This document shows, in pieces, positions 48,046 to 62,167 of a DNA stretch of 64,000 bases. A model generated the notes under the pieces. The model did not search any database and was not told where the DNA came from. It saw only the letters and a list, made by a program, of their open reading frames with translations. The stretch is from assembly GCA_009602725.1 (NCBI GenBank), contig WELB01000010.1, positions 1,073,494 through 1,137,493 on the forward strand, read 5' to 3'. The position numbers were made by a program, and so were the translations under genes. Origin of the DNA: Spirogloea muscicola (lineage: Eukaryota). How positions within the stretch are numbered: the first letter of the stretch is position 1; each line of letters begins with the position of its first letter.

Positions 48046-51000
48046 TCAATCTGCTGTAGGTGATGTGCGTCTCTAGATGTGCTTGCCTATGTACTTGGCC
48101 ATTTGGCCTTTGTTTGTTTCAGATACACGAAAATCCTCCTTCGGATGAGCGTACTTCCTTTACATTAGCCCCTCTCAGCCTAGGGCTTCGCTATTCTGTA
48201 GGTCCGTTCTTTGCACTACTTCTGCCTGTTTCGCATGCACAATGGATATGCTCCGCTTGGCCTCCCTGCCACTTCATGCGCATGCGCGCTTTCTCTTTGG
48301 AAGGTAAATTGTCCCCAAAAGGACGCGATGGGTTGTGAGAGAGGCTCTGGTGGCTTCATATGTGGTAGAACTCTATGCTTTCATTCTCGCTCATTGACGC
48401 AAGCTGGCCGCTTCACACAGTACCGCCTCTCAACTCATTTCCCGTCCTCGACGACAGGCAGCAGTGACAGTGCAGTTGCTTTCACGTTCAAACGATGAAA
48501 AGGAATGACTCTTCCAAATATTGAAATTGACAGTGGGCTCTTCCACAAGAATATCTCGTGTATTTGAAACAAACGAAGGCCAAATGGCCAAGTACAAAGG
48601 CAAGCACATCTTAAGACCTACATAACCTACAGTAGAGTACACGAGGGGGCGGAAAGGCTTAGTCAATTTACTCGCCAACTGGCGGTCAGTGGGAGCCCTC
48701 TAACCGGCACTCGGGCGGCGGGGGCCGCCGCCCACCCCCCCAGCTGGCTGCCAGCCCACTCAGGGCATTTGACGGCGGAGAGGATCCCGCAGAATCGCAC
48801 CTCCCTCTCCCCCCCTCCTCCCGCCTGCAGTCCACGGCCGTCCTCCCTCCCCCCGCCCACCCTCCTCGCCCGCCCTCCCTTACGTCGCCCCCAGAGGGCA
48901 GGCCACGCGCACGGCCGGCCAGCCCCGCTTGCCCTCCCACTCGAAGCCTTCTTATGTCAGCCGCCGCAGTCTCCCAAAGCCCCAGTCCCCACTTGCTCGC
49001 TCCCTCGCACAGCGGCCCTGCCAGCCAGCCCCGCCGCCGCCGCCGCCCCTCCGCCACAGCCGGCCCTCGCTATCAGCAGCCGCGTTGCTTTGGCAGACCC
49101 GACCGCTGCCGGGGCTCGTGACAAGCGCACTGCGCCTCTCGTCATCGCATCGGCATTGCCGCCGCCCCAGGTGGAGCTGCCGCAGGCGCCAACCTCCTCT
49201 GCTCCCGCAGACTCGACTCTCCTTGCGGACTGCTCCTCGCCAGGTCGCTGGTAGCGCTGCTGCCTTCGCGCTCGGTCGACCCCATTGCGCGAGGGGGCGG
49301 AGACTTGACGGCGCGGCGGCAAAGCCATGGAGGAGATCATCGTCGTGCTGCACCGCCTCTGCTCGCACATGGTCAACGTGGTCGCGTGTACGCTCACGGG
49401 CGACCACCTGGGCTTTGTGCCGCTTCCCCTCCTGGACCGGCCGGAGGCCAAGGAGTTCTGATTCAACACAATGCCAACAAGACAGATGGCTCATGGAGAG
49501 GCCGGGGGCAGCGCAGTTGCAACCGCGGCATTGGCCTTTCTTCGCAACTGGTACAGGACGGGATCAATTTCTCCTCAAATTGTGGCGCTCGGCACTCGTG
49601 TATTCCCCACAGAGATTGACAGCTAGACTTCTCGACGCACGGCCATCGGTAGGCGCGAGACCATGACAGGGGAGCATGCAGCACCTACCAGCAGGACAGC
49701 GTGATTGACGCTCATCGGTGCAGGAATCTCCTCCCGAGCTCTAGCAGCGAATTCAGCCGGTCTGGCTTAGCCAGCTGCGCAGCCGCCAGCGATGGCACTC
49801 ATAAAGGGGCCGAGGCTCTTCGAACACTCTTGTATAGTGTCCCAATAAAAGACGATTGCACATTCTTTACTCCTGCAATATACTTGTATTGCACGCTTAT
49901 GGTACATTTCATATTCTCTAGCAGCCGCCACTGCGCTTATTGCACTAACTTGCACTTGCATAGGAACAACAAGAGCGTACTTGAAACTGTAATTGAAATC
50001 GAATTCGAATTACGGGGTGCCACCTGTGCTGCCTACACGGTCTTGCTGAGAGTATGAAGTAATAGAGGAGAGAGGCCAGGTCTGCAAGTCTCACGGCCTC
50101 GTGCAGCCAGTGCTATCCATTGTCCAGTAACTGTCCATTGCAGTATAGTGTTGGTTGCTGTTAGACATTGGCCTGCAGGCAATGCGAAGGCTGAAAGGTG
50201 GGTACTTCGTAGAATATCATTTGCGCCGTGTCATTGGTAACAGCGTTTGCATTGTCATCTCGTAACAGGAGAATGTACAGCAAGCTATGTTGCTGTAGAT
50301 TACCGAGTGCTTTGAAGGGTGAAGTCGACAAGATGGGCGTGCGCTGCGTGAGTCCATCCTTTAATCACTTAAGTCTATCTGCCTTGGTGTATTAGTAATC
50401 CGAGCACATGACTTGCTAGAGAGAAATGTACAGCATGGGCAGGAGCCAGAGTGCATAGCCTGTTTGCTTGAATGTGCAGCAGAGCGAGGACCTGGAGTCG
50501 CCATGGAGTCCAACAACAGTGACAATGATGAGGGGCAGAGTGGCTGTCAACAAGCCCGCATTGGCTGGCGACACGTCTCACCGATCCAAGCATGCACTCA
50601 CGGAGCTGGATGGCTTCGTAGGGGGCTGTGGGAGAATGGTGCCAGCGGCCGTAGCACATCCATCACAATAGGTAGGAGGTGGTCAAGAGGTGTGAAGCTT
50701 TGTTAGCCCCTGCTGCGCTCGAAGAACGTTGGAAACCTCCCCAGAAGGGTCCATGGCTGAGGATGACCACTCACCAAAAGGACTCATAAACGTCGTGGGG
50801 CAGGACGAGGCCAGCCGAGGATGTCGGCGCAGGCCCTGGCGACCTGCGGGGCCTCGTGAAGCCCCGAGACAGCTGAGGCATAGCGGAGGAGTGGGGGCGA
50901 GGCAGAGGTGCACAGAGGTCGAGAGGAGGCGGGGCGGTCGCTGGGGAGTGAGCTGAGTACTTCTGAGCTGAGTTGGGAGACGAGCTGCAGGCGGCTACGT

Positions 51001-51106
51001 GCCGTCATTGCCTCTCTCTCGCTCTCTCCCTCCTCACCGCGAGCTCGCCGCCGTTGCCGCCGCTGCCGCCGCCGCCGTCGCCGCCGCCGCCGCCTCGAGC
51101 GGGGGT

Positions 51107-51147
51107 ATGCGCATCCGGCGGGCGGCGGCCGGCGCAGCAGGGCCCGG

Positions 51148-51178
<31 letters not shown>

Positions 51179-54100
51179 GGCCTGGTACGCCCCAGCGGCA
51201 GCTTTCAGGTGCTGCGGCAAGCAGGGTTGTGGGATGCAGAGCGGCCGCACGGGACGGCAATGAGGCGGGGCCGTCAGCCTTGCGCGACATGCGAGAGCTT
51301 CGGCTGCCGCCGAGCCCCTGCCGCCAGTGCCTGGCCGTGCATGCCGAGTGGCTGGCACGCCACGCTGCAGCAGCTGACCGCCTTCGCCGTTTCATCCCAT
51401 GTGGCAGCTCTCCGGGGTGTCCTTGCTGCCGCCATCTTGTGTTGACATCGACCTTGTCACTGCGGAGCAAGCGGAGGCCTTCGAGGACCCGCTGCGGAAG
51501 CGGCCGCTGCAGACTGAGCCCCTGCATCTGGCCGGCTCAGCCATGGGGGCCGTCTCCTACGACGAGAAGTCGCTTGCCGTGGGTGGCTCCATAGAGGCTC
51601 GGTCTGCGGCTGCTGCCACGGAGTGGGACGCCAGGAAGGGCGCGCTCATGCACCGCTTTGTGTCGTCGGGCACGATCACTGTCTCCACGGTCAGCAATCC
51701 GAGCCAGCAGTGACCTGGAGTGCCGCACTCTAATTGACAACGTCATAGAGACTCCGATGCCAGTGACATTAACCAGATCTTGGGCCAATGGCTGTCGAGC
51801 TCCTGCTGTTGCGCACATTGTAATGCTGCACTGGGTTGTGCTTGTGGTGGTCACGGTGAACAGACGCTTGACATCATCTCACGCCAGCCAGGAGGTGCAG
51901 AGCTCTCCTTTAGCTCCTCTTTCTTGGATCACTCCTCTTTCCAGCTTCCCTCCACAATGCCGTCCACTGCGATAGCTGGTCCTTCCTCCAGCTATATTGC
52001 ATTCTGCCAAGGACGGCTCATCACAGAGATTTTTGGGACTATCGCAGGAGAGTGATCAGCTGTAGGACCTATGCTGACCTCCACTTCCGCTGTTCTGAGA
52101 AGGGCCGGCACGCAGCCGCCTGGAGGAGCTGGAGGACCTCAATGGAGAGGCGCACGCCGCCAAGGTGCGCATGGTGTCGCAGGCGGAGTATGTGGCGCGC
52201 CTGCGGGAGCTCAACGATGAGATTGCTCACGCTTGGCTGCGCAGCGAGCGCGTTGCTGCTCTCCGCCTTGCTATCAAGGTCAGCTACAGCTACAGTCATT
52301 CAAAGGAGTAGGGTGTCCTCAGGCGCTCAACAGTAAATGGTCAGTCCTGTTCTGTATTTGTCCAGAATTGTGCACCTATCATTTGGGGTCTAGGATCAGG
52401 TATGAAGTTGAGGAGATCCGGTTCAGATTCTTACTGAGAACTCGTTGAGAAGGGGTCTTTAGGGCTGACCTTTGTGTCCAGGCTGATGACTAGCTTCATG
52501 TGGATTGGACTGCCAGGTCGCAAAGCTGCTGGGGGACACGTCGGTGCCACCATTCTATCCGGCACTCTTCGTGCTGGTCACTGATGTCCTAGATACGCTG
52601 GGCAGCCTCGTGTGGGCGCGTATCAAGCAGCGAGCCGAGCAGCGAGACGATGCCATTGGCGCGCCCGTCACACATCTTCCAGGTCTAAAACCTCTCCGGC
52701 TTCCAGCTCTTTGAGCAGCACCTCAACCTCTGAGGTCTCAGCCCCGACTCTTGGGCCCTGACTTTACCTGGTCTGTCAAGCAAAGACTCTTGATTGCCGC
52801 ATTCCTTCTATGGTACTAGCGCAGTCATGCAAGGAGACAGTGGACCTGATCACGCTCTCCCCTCTGGGCCTGGACAGGCGACAGCAATGAACAAGCGACG
52901 GGCACCTCTGTTCCTGCCTCGCACTCACCTTGAAGTGCCCTTCCTCCTTTTGTTCAAGCAGCCAACTTCACGCATGAGGACATCCGCCAGGAGGCCAAGG
53001 ATACGTGCGCCAATTGGTTTTTCAAGATCGGATCAATTCGCGAACTGCTGCCGCGAGTGTACGAACTCCCACATCACAGCAGCAAGCGACTACGCTGCTG
53101 GTCACCAGAATTCTGTTTGTGTGATGAGGATTGTGATGCATCAAGTTGGCCCACTAACAGGTCCACATCAATGCACATGCCGACTGAGAGCACGCTGATG
53201 CTGGCGGGAGCTTCTGAAGCTTAAGCCCTACAAGCCCTAGCCCATATACTGGACTTCAGAATCAAAGTTAGAAACTTATCTTCTTGGACTCTGCTATCAG
53301 GTACCTGGAGATGGCATTGCTGCAGTGCATGCATTTTCTGGAGCCCGGTCCGCCAGTGCACGCCTTTCAGCGGCTGACGCTTATGCTAAGGGGCATAGCT
53401 GATCCCCTGGCCTCAGCGTACGCCCGCCTGTACCTCGCCCGCCGAGGGCGGGCCCTCATAACGCCGGCTGCCAGTAAGCCACCCCTCAATCTACAAGCAC
53501 ATTGTGACTGCTAGAGTGCCTACTATGGCCAGCCAAGGAGCATTGCTGTGCCCCGGGAGCGCTTTGGTCAGCGTGTGAGTCGAGGCTATGATGGGTACAA
53601 TGGCCCCTCGTCACAGGCGTTGCTTGTTTATCCAAGCATCGCAGAAGAGAGCACGAATGCTGGCAGCTGGCATGGCCTCCTTGCAGCCATGGGGGGCCTC
53701 CAGCTCTCCATCCCGTCCTCCTTTTGCTTCCCAGCACAACGTGAGCCATCTCACGACCTTGCGTGTCATGCACCCCGTGCGCTCCACATGTGTCTCTGGT
53801 CCGTACGGCTCGATTTGTGGATGCCTGGGCTCTGTGCATGGCTGTCAACAGGTTCCACTGCAGCATGAACTCATTAAGCTCGTAAGTCCTCTCCTCATCA
53901 GTAGCTGCTTGCTACATAGCTACATGGACCACATGGTGACTAAGTGTGATGTGCGATGATGCTTTGATTGCAGGTCACGTTGTTGCCGCGCTGGAGGACT
54001 TTTGCGTTCTTTTACAGAGAGTGCTGAGGGGGGACGGTCGCATGAAATTCAAGTCTGGCGTGAGCCAAGTGCTGTACTTGCAGCTACTTGAACCGGCCAT

Positions 54101-57100
54101 TGAGTGGCTCTTTCACTGCCTCCTCAATAACGCCTCCGAGGTGCGACCCGTAAATGTGTAGCTGCAGGTCATGCACTATGAGCAGCTGCAGATTCTATTG
54201 GCATGTCAGTAAATTCCTCTGAAAGTGGTCACTAGCGATCCTGTTGCAGGTAACCCTGTCATAGAGGTGTGTAAGATGCTATAGATGGATATACCGTGTT
54301 TTCTCTCACACAGAAGGACACATCACAGGAAGTACTCAGCCTCTTTGGGATTGGCTTGATCATGAAAGATTGTAAGCACCAACAGCTGATCCACATTTCA
54401 TTTGGAGATTGCCACCAGGTCGGACTCTCACACTATTTGCCAATGTCTTCTCAGGAACTAATGGACAGTGTGCTGGGGCTCCTAGGAGTGTCATCCAGGA
54501 TATCGAGCTCCACAGCCGACAGTTGGCAAGGGTTGGATGCCCCCAAGTGCACTAGCTTCGGGTTGATCACCTACCAGCTCATCAACCACCTACCGGCCAC
54601 CTTCATCTCAGTCCGTGCAGTTGACTTCATTCACCTGGCCGAAGGAGTCGCTGATGTCTACGTTCCTCAGGTGCATTCAGGAGCAAAGGCAGACCAGGAC
54701 CCATCACATAAAGCAACCTGGCAATAGTCTTCTACTCTCGAAATAGGCTGTATAAGAAGCTGTTACTCTGAGTTCTGCAAGGGTGCCGTCTTCTCAGCAA
54801 CCAGGTGGCTATAATTGCCACTGGCTTGCTTCTTGGAGGAGGAAGCTGAAGCTGTAGCTGTTGTCCACATAGTCATCGTTGACAGCCTTGATGGACTTAG
54901 CAGCTCCACACTTGACGCGCAGAGCAGCACAGAATACTGGAGTTGCTGGGCCGGAGATTGTGCCAGCAGCCACCCAGCCATGATCTGCGCCTGTCAGTCC
55001 TTCACAAGGCTTGCAGAGTGAGTAGAAATCACAGGACGCTCGTCAATAAGCTACGGCTTCAGCCACCAAACTGCAGCTTCTTTTAGTGTTCAGGTTGATG
55101 TGTCTAAGTCCCATCTGTGTCCAATCCAGATGATGGAGCAACAAGTGGACCTGCAATCATACCTCTCAGTGGCAGACATATTCTTAGACTTTTTGCTTCA
55201 GCACATAGTTGTGAGTGTGTGCGGCCCCATGCAATGTTGAGCAGGCGGAGCTTTTGAACGCCTTTTCAAAGTTGCTCGTGACTGCTGCATGCCTCGCGTA
55301 TGATAGTCCAGCGGCATGTATGCAGTGAAACTGTGGCACAATGATTTGTCAAGATCAGATATGTTTGGCTCTTTACTCATAGTCGCTTGCAACCTCTTGG
55401 TTTTCTTAGTCACGCGCTTACGCAACGGCTCCTGTTGTCATGGCCAGCCCAGAGAAGCGGTGCTCAATGAGTTCTTGGAGAAGTTGTGGGGAAGAGTTAG
55501 GCAGCTGCAAAAGGTGGAGGACAACTGCCAGCCATTCATTGAGAGCATGTGCTTCAAGCTCATCACGCATTGCTCAGGACTCAATGATGTCCTTGCGCTG
55601 GTAAGCACACCTTTCAAGCAAGATACACATATATGTATAAAGCACACCTGCCAAACCATGTCGACGACCACTATAGTTGCAATGTACAAGATCAAGTCTC
55701 ATGGGCTTCACTGGACCCTTGTCAACAAGCATCAAGAGCTTATGATATTCTATGTCACGTTCGATACTGTTCAGTACCTTATAGTAAGAAAGGCAGCTTA
55801 CTCTTTATGAAGATGTCGCACATACACACGCTGCTGATTGCTGCTGATCACTGCGTGTCTCTAGGCGAGCTTCACAGACCTTCTGGGCAGCCTTTCGGGC
55901 GACTGGAGGGTGTCAGCAAACAAGCACCTCCTCACTATAGTGGCAAGGTGGCTCCAAGCCACCTCTTTGCTGGTATCCTTGGGTACTGTGGTCCATCGAC
56001 TACATATAGAATTTTCGCCGGGCTTAAGGCACCAGTTCAGATAGGCTGAGTCATGGATTAATATCCTCCTGACATGTGTGTGTGCTCACTAATTATTTAT
56101 CAACAAGGTGAGACTGCTCCAGAAAAGGTAGCAGGTAGCTATGCCTCTAACGCTTCCCTGCAATGCAAGTGAAGAACTCGCGCTCAAGGTCGTGATTACA
56201 ATGCAGAGGTGGGCGCTTGAGGGATCCAGCGTCTATACTCTTCGCTGTGGAAGTGGGCCGCTCGCTGCACAACCTGACGGGGCAAATTGAGGGCAAGGAC
56301 GAACGCCGGCAGGTTGCGCAGCTGCTCTGCTCCTTGATACACCAGGTTTGGTGCTGCTTAACGCCATGGTATCTTGCCCTTAATGTTTCAATTAAGCAGC
56401 CACGCAAGTTGGCTCCCTGAAGCTTTGACGGGCTCCTCAGAAACCGATGCTTTGATCATTCACCTGGGGTGATGCTCCGCTTGCAAGGAAGGATATTAGG
56501 AGCATCTTGCACATGACCATGCTCCCTGCATCTGGTAATCTAAAAGACATCGCATGTAATACTGCGGTGCTCTTTGCAGGTTGACCATGGTAATGACCTG
56601 GATTCCCACCTGGACTTCCTGGTGGACTGCCGGGCCTCGTTCTACCAATTTGACTCCGTACTTGTATGATTGACAGTCACCCTCGCTGATGTATGTGTTG
56701 GTCCAATCTCAAACCAAGAAGGGGGTCATGCGAGCAGTCTATGATCTTCATCGGACGGCCTGAGAGAAGCTCGTCTTTCTGAATTCCTGATAGGAGACCA
56801 AACATATCAAATGCTCACACTGAGTATAGCAAAGTTGCTCTGGCACCCATTGGCTGACATGGCATGACATATGTTTATAGCATGTTATGTTGTTTACCAC
56901 TGTCAGGAACAACTTGTCCAGGCTGCCAACACTCTAGCAATGACGGAATTGATATTGGTCAAAGGGGCCCACAATGACCAGTTGAGAGATTTTGCCAAAG
57001 CTTGCATCGCTTTCAGCCACATCACCATCCCCTCCATCCACTTGCTGCTGCCAAGGCTTCACTTGTATCTCCAGTCTGCAGAGGTATGAGCAGAAGGACT

Positions 57101-59895
57101 CCAGGTGGTGAGGCAACAATTTCAGTGATTAGTATCAAGACTTGACATTGCTATATCAACACATGCCATACAAGCAGACTTGATGGCTCCAGGTCCGTTT
57201 GATCATTTAATAAGTATATGTCTGCTCTTCTTCATCAAGTGGATAGCAGAGGATTGAGAGCACCTTGTTGGTCAATGTCACAGCCTGTGGAGGCTGTGAG
57301 GTTTGGCCCTTCTGATAGTAGATCTGCCATTCACCTTGCCCTCTCGCAGGTGGCGCATGCAAATGGCCTGCAGTCGCACACCACAGCTCTTCTAGCATTC
57401 GTCCTCGCATCCCTGCAGGAAGCCTCGGAGGGTGAGGATTGCAATCCTTCTTGCTTGGCTACTCAACTACTCAGCAATCAGCTATTCGAACTCACAGTAA
57501 TATTGTTTTCAGGTAGACCTTCTAGTATCCAAGCAAATGAAAATATAATGGCAATGAGGTCAGGTACATACAATATATCATGATGTGTGCAAGAAATACC
57601 TCCCTGCTCCACGTTCATAATCATTTTTATTTGTGTACCCTTTCCAAGCACTTTATATGAGATACCAGTACCAAAGATGACATTTTCATTATGGACATCT
57701 TCGTAAGTTGTACCTCACATAAAGTTCTTGGCAAGGATACGATCACGATGATTATGAACATGGAGGCAGGGAGGTATGTCTTGCACACTTCATGTTGTTT
57801 TGTATGTACCCGACCTTGTTGCAGATCTCTTTCTCTATTGCTCGGATACTAAAAAGGTCTACCTGACAAGTAACATGGTGGTTTCTCTGCCACCGTCTTT
57901 TGGAAGCTCTTGAATGCCTCCCTTGCAGTCATATGGCGTGGGCCTGCTGCTGCCGCTGAGCATAGAAGTGCATACTTCCTTGACGCACAGCTTCAGAGTT
58001 ATGAGAACATATAGATGTATTTCAAAATCCAAGCTTTCTGCTATCATGTGCTGTTCTGGTGCCCTCAGACTTGCAGCAGATGCTCATACTTGAGTTATTC
58101 AGTTTACAGTATGATCGTGGTGTACTTGCGCAGATTCAGGGATGGAGATGGGCTATAGCTCTTTCCTGAAGAAGCTCATGTCCTTCATCGTACTCGTCAG
58201 AGGTATGGCAGAGCCACTGTCTGAGTAACGCGCTCTGTCCAAGGCAACCCCTGTTTCATGTCAAATGTTTGCTTGTAGTTGTGCCCATCAGAGCTGCCAA
58301 TTCTGCACCTCAAATACCAAGTCAACTCAGTGAAAGGTTGCAGAGCATCTATATGCATGAACTGTAAAGTTGCAGTAATATCAATCAAAGCACATAATCC
58401 TATCAAAGCATTCTGCTAATCACTGGTCTCCTGGTGGAATTTCTCAGACACGCCTGACCTGGAGCCCCACCACTTTCCCAAGTCGCTGCTCGTGGCCATT
58501 CAGGCCTTTCCCTGGTACTGATAGCCGCTAGCTCCTCAACATGTTGCACATCCTTGCCACTTCACATCCCCTCCACATAGCAGTGGTTGAAATGCTCTTT
58601 CCTGTTCCACGAGATGTTACTAAGTCATGAGTTGCCCATGAGCTTTCTTCCGCCTCCTCATGAAGTAGGAAATCGGTATGCACAGCACAAGGGAGACATG
58701 GATGGCAATCTGGAAGGTGCGCATTGTGACCATAATGAAGCTGGTCATATGCAGGGCTCCTGGTGGCCTTGGAAGCATCTCCGTGTTGTGCTCCTGCCTT
58801 GCGATGGTCGCGGCAAAGTACCGAGCGGCAGAAAGGAAGGACGCTGAGGTAAGTCAGATTTGCTGCAGCACTCATAGACAATGTACTTGAAGTCCCATGG
58901 ATTTGCCAAGTTGCTCTTCTTTGCATCATACATGCCATCCTCCTGGTCCTGTATTTAGTACGCTAGCGATGCTTCGGATGCAGTAGGCAAGGTCGAATTG
59001 TTTGGTCAACTCCTGCATACTTCTTGAGATACAAGTGTGCTCGCCTGCTGAGGCTCAGTACCATGCTGAATTTTTATGATCTGGTCTTTCTTATATCAAT
59101 TTTATCAATAACCAGATTGTAAAAATACATTTACAACCAAAGGTGTCATATCTAGATTGTCTTTAGTTTATGACTTCGCCTGATTTCCTGCACATGTTCT
59201 CATCAGTACCTTGCTGGATTGGAGGAGCTTGCCACCTTGACAGTGGAGCAGCTCTTGGCGGGCCTCCAGGCAGCGCCGCCTGCGGTCAGTTCACGTTCCT
59301 TGTCATGACAGATTAGTCCTATGCGGCTGGCTGATTGACACTCATGTGAGGATCAGGTCCTCCGTCTCCTTAAGCTACCTTCAACGATAATCCCATGTCA
59401 ACAACAGCCTTACGCTGTGGTCATTTGTGCAGCCGCTGCGGGCCCGCAAAGCACTTGAGACCTGCCACGCTCTGCTGGCTGCGCTTGAGGTGTGCCTGCC
59501 TCTAGCAAGTAGCCCCACAGGCTGCTCAACAAATTTCTGACGTTGGATGATACGCCGTTAACATATGAGGGGCCAGGCAGCGCGCACGAAGCTTAGCATC
59601 ACCCGATTTGTGAAGCAGATCTTCGCTAGCATTCACAGCTGGTAGCCTTGCCAGCAACTCTTAGCCCTCGTGTCGGCTTGATGTCGCGAAGTCCTGTATC
59701 TAGGCTTAGCGTTAGCCTGTTGTTACCCAGTGGCCTGTCTTTGTTGTGCAGGCCGAAGACGAGGTGCAGGAGGCATGCTCGGCCCTGCTCCGCGCCGCAG
59801 CCAAGTTGCTGCCAAGGACCGACTCGTACTTTGCCTACATTGAGGCTACTTGCCGCAAGTACTTTGCCAATTCCGCTGACGTGCGAGCCCCATAA
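51107..59895 (+). CDS. VPS35L: VPS35 endosomal protein-sorting factor-like (Retriever subunit, C16orf62 family)
   Basis: [35 protein letters not shown] / [37 protein letters not shown] / [22 protein letters not shown] / [26 protein letters not shown] / [16 protein letters not shown] / [16 protein letters not shown] / last exon ..ANSADVRAP*. Start is tentative. Confidence 0.92.
57509..57866. mobile_element. AT-rich MITE-like/foldback element in a VPS35L intron
   Basis: Imperfect inverted arms of ~115 bp, TCAGGTAGACCT..GTTCATAATCAT and ATGATTATGAAC..AGGTCTACCTGA. Confidence 0.7.
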
Positions 59896-60282
59896 TCCCA
59901 CTCTCTTCCACTAGTCTATTTAGTTGTAGTGCCTAACATCTAGCACAGCAGTGGGGTTTCACGGCGATCCACTAGCCTGCCATGGCTAATCTAGTTCCTC
60001 ATACTAGAGATGGAGGTTAGCATCGCAGCCCAGCGATGCCCTCCAGAGCACTTTCACAGCACCATGGACAGCAGTGGTAGACAGGAAGAGCGATACATGC
60101 AGAGCAGGCACCAACAAGGATGTCATGAGGGACTCTCAATACTGAGCTGTACAGTAGGTATAGACATTTAATACCATGGCCTCTCCTGGCCTTTTGAGGC
60201 ACACAGCAAGGCCTTTGAGGAATCTCATGTCGTCTGACCTAGGGAGTGACATGCAGATGTCAAGCTGAGCAGCACGAGCATA

Positions 60283-62167
60283 TCAGCCAGCAAGCGCGAG
60301 ACTGGCAAGCTGTAAGACTCTCAAGGGCTGTTCCGCCTTTTGCATCGGTGCCATGTCCAAGGCCTGAAAGGAAGAAAAGCGCTCTGTCATGCCATATCAT
60401 GGACAACTGAAGCATAATGGACAATGACTACCACCTACGCAAGCATGACTGTCATGCCACATTGTGGACTACTGAAGCATAATGGACAATGATTACCACC
60501 TATGCAAGCATGACTGATCGTGCAATACTAGCTGCATTTTCATAGTAGCTAAGCACTACGTAAGGGTGCCCGGCCCTCAATCTGCGCACCTTGCTGAGGG
60601 CATCAAGGAGAATGGGGCCCTGGCCCCCATTCTTGAGCGGCTCACAAGATGATCCTCCCAGGTTGTAGGTGACTCGCTGAAACAGTCTCCCCATGCTACT
60701 CTTGCCACCCACCCTCAATGCCCCTGCTTGGTCAGGCCTGCCACCGCTTCTCGCTTGAGCCATGCCTCCTTCTCCACAGCAACCTCCGGAGTGTTTTGCC
60801 TCTATCTCTGCTCTGTCTGCTGGCTCTTGTTCTTGACTTGGGCAGCCTGGAGTGGGGCTTTCTGCAATCGAAGGCACAGTTGATGGGGCTGCCAGCAGAG
60901 ATGTGGTCTGTACAAATATGGCCTTTAAGATTTCTCCGCTACTTCCTCCTACTTCCCTCATGGAGTGGCTGTACATGACATTGGTCCTGGCACAAGATGT
61001 CCTATCAAAGTCACAGCAGTCAGTACTACTACCTGCTTTACATACTTTTTCTGTCAGATCGCCAACTGGGCCAGGAAGTGGCTGGCACACAGTGTGAACC
61101 CTCACTCTTGCGCATCCTGCCTGCGGACTATGTATCCTACATGTGTCTGCGGGAGTTGAAGGATGACTTCTTCTGCTATGGTCTGTACAAGCCCCTTCTG
61201 ATTCTGCAGCTTGGGCCTTGCTAATACTTGCAAATCCATGTGAAGGTGAATAAGCTGAATGCCTGCAAAAATGTCCCTGCTTCAGTGACATGCACCGTCG
61301 CCTCGAATTGCTCCGAGATCGAGGTCTCCCAGTTGCAAGAATCAAGCCATCCGCAACAGGAAGATATACTGCCTTCAAAATCTGGGCTCGGGTGACTGGA
61401 GTGTGCAGGCTTATGGTCTTGGACTTCTCCTCCTCATATTTGCATACGTCAGTCAGTGCCTTCAGAGGCTGGCAGTCTCCAGCATCGGCAACTTCCGCTT
61501 TATCTACACCCACGACTGAAGAACCTGGGACCACCACAGGCTCCACGGCAGCAATTTGATACAATACGACATCCTCTTCAAAGATTGACCACAACTCCAG
61601 TGCTGTCCTCTGCATACGAGCTCAGAAGTATCAGTGTGTGTCAGTGTGTGTCTGAGCTACATATGAAGATGTCCTAGTGGAAATTGGAAATGGCCAGTCA
61701 AACATATAAGCTCATCAGCTGACAGTAGGGAGCAAACAGATTCTTCACATTCAATGACAGAAATCAATGATCACTTTGGGTAGTGCTTGGCAGTACTGTA
61801 TGTTCATACTTGGAGGTCACTGTCTGCTCTGGCGCACAGTGCTGCATTGCGGAACACTGAGCGGACATCGTCTGCGAAGATCACAGGATGTGTATACTCT
61901 CCACAGCTCAGACGTGCCTGGGCAGTAAAGTTGAATGTCAGCACTTGTTGACATTGACTATTCACTCTTACTGATGAAATAACAGGTCATATGAAGTACA
62001 ACTTAAAATGCTCTTTGACTGCACAGACTGAATTGTGTATATTAAGTTGCATGCTTACCTGTATGCTGCTCAGATCCGAAGGCGTCTTGACCAGTTTCCT
62101 GTAGCTGTCAACAGCATCAGGAGGCCACTCGCACTTGGAAACAGGGTGGTTGAATTGCTTGCCCAGT
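60283..62167 (-). CDS. Divergent bromodomain-containing protein (5' part and 3' end unresolved)
   Basis: Exons 62059-62167, 61810-61917 and 60590-61609 join as QFNHPVS..SYRKLVKTPSDLSSIQ-ARLSCGEYTHPVIFADDVRSVFRNAALCARADSDLQ-RTALELWSIFEE, matching the bromodomain ZA loop and helices A-C. Confidence 0.7.
60398..60515 (+). repeat. Imperfect direct tandem duplication in an intron
   Basis: TGGAC(A/T)ACTGAAGCATAATGGACAATGA(C/T)TACCACCTA(C/T)GCAAGCATGACTG occurs twice. Confidence 0.75.

Noticed and set aside
48430..51010. Several GC-rich ORFs upstream of VPS35L, possibly a transposase relic or divergent gene
   Set aside because: No catalytic motif, terminal repeats or coherent gene model could be supported.
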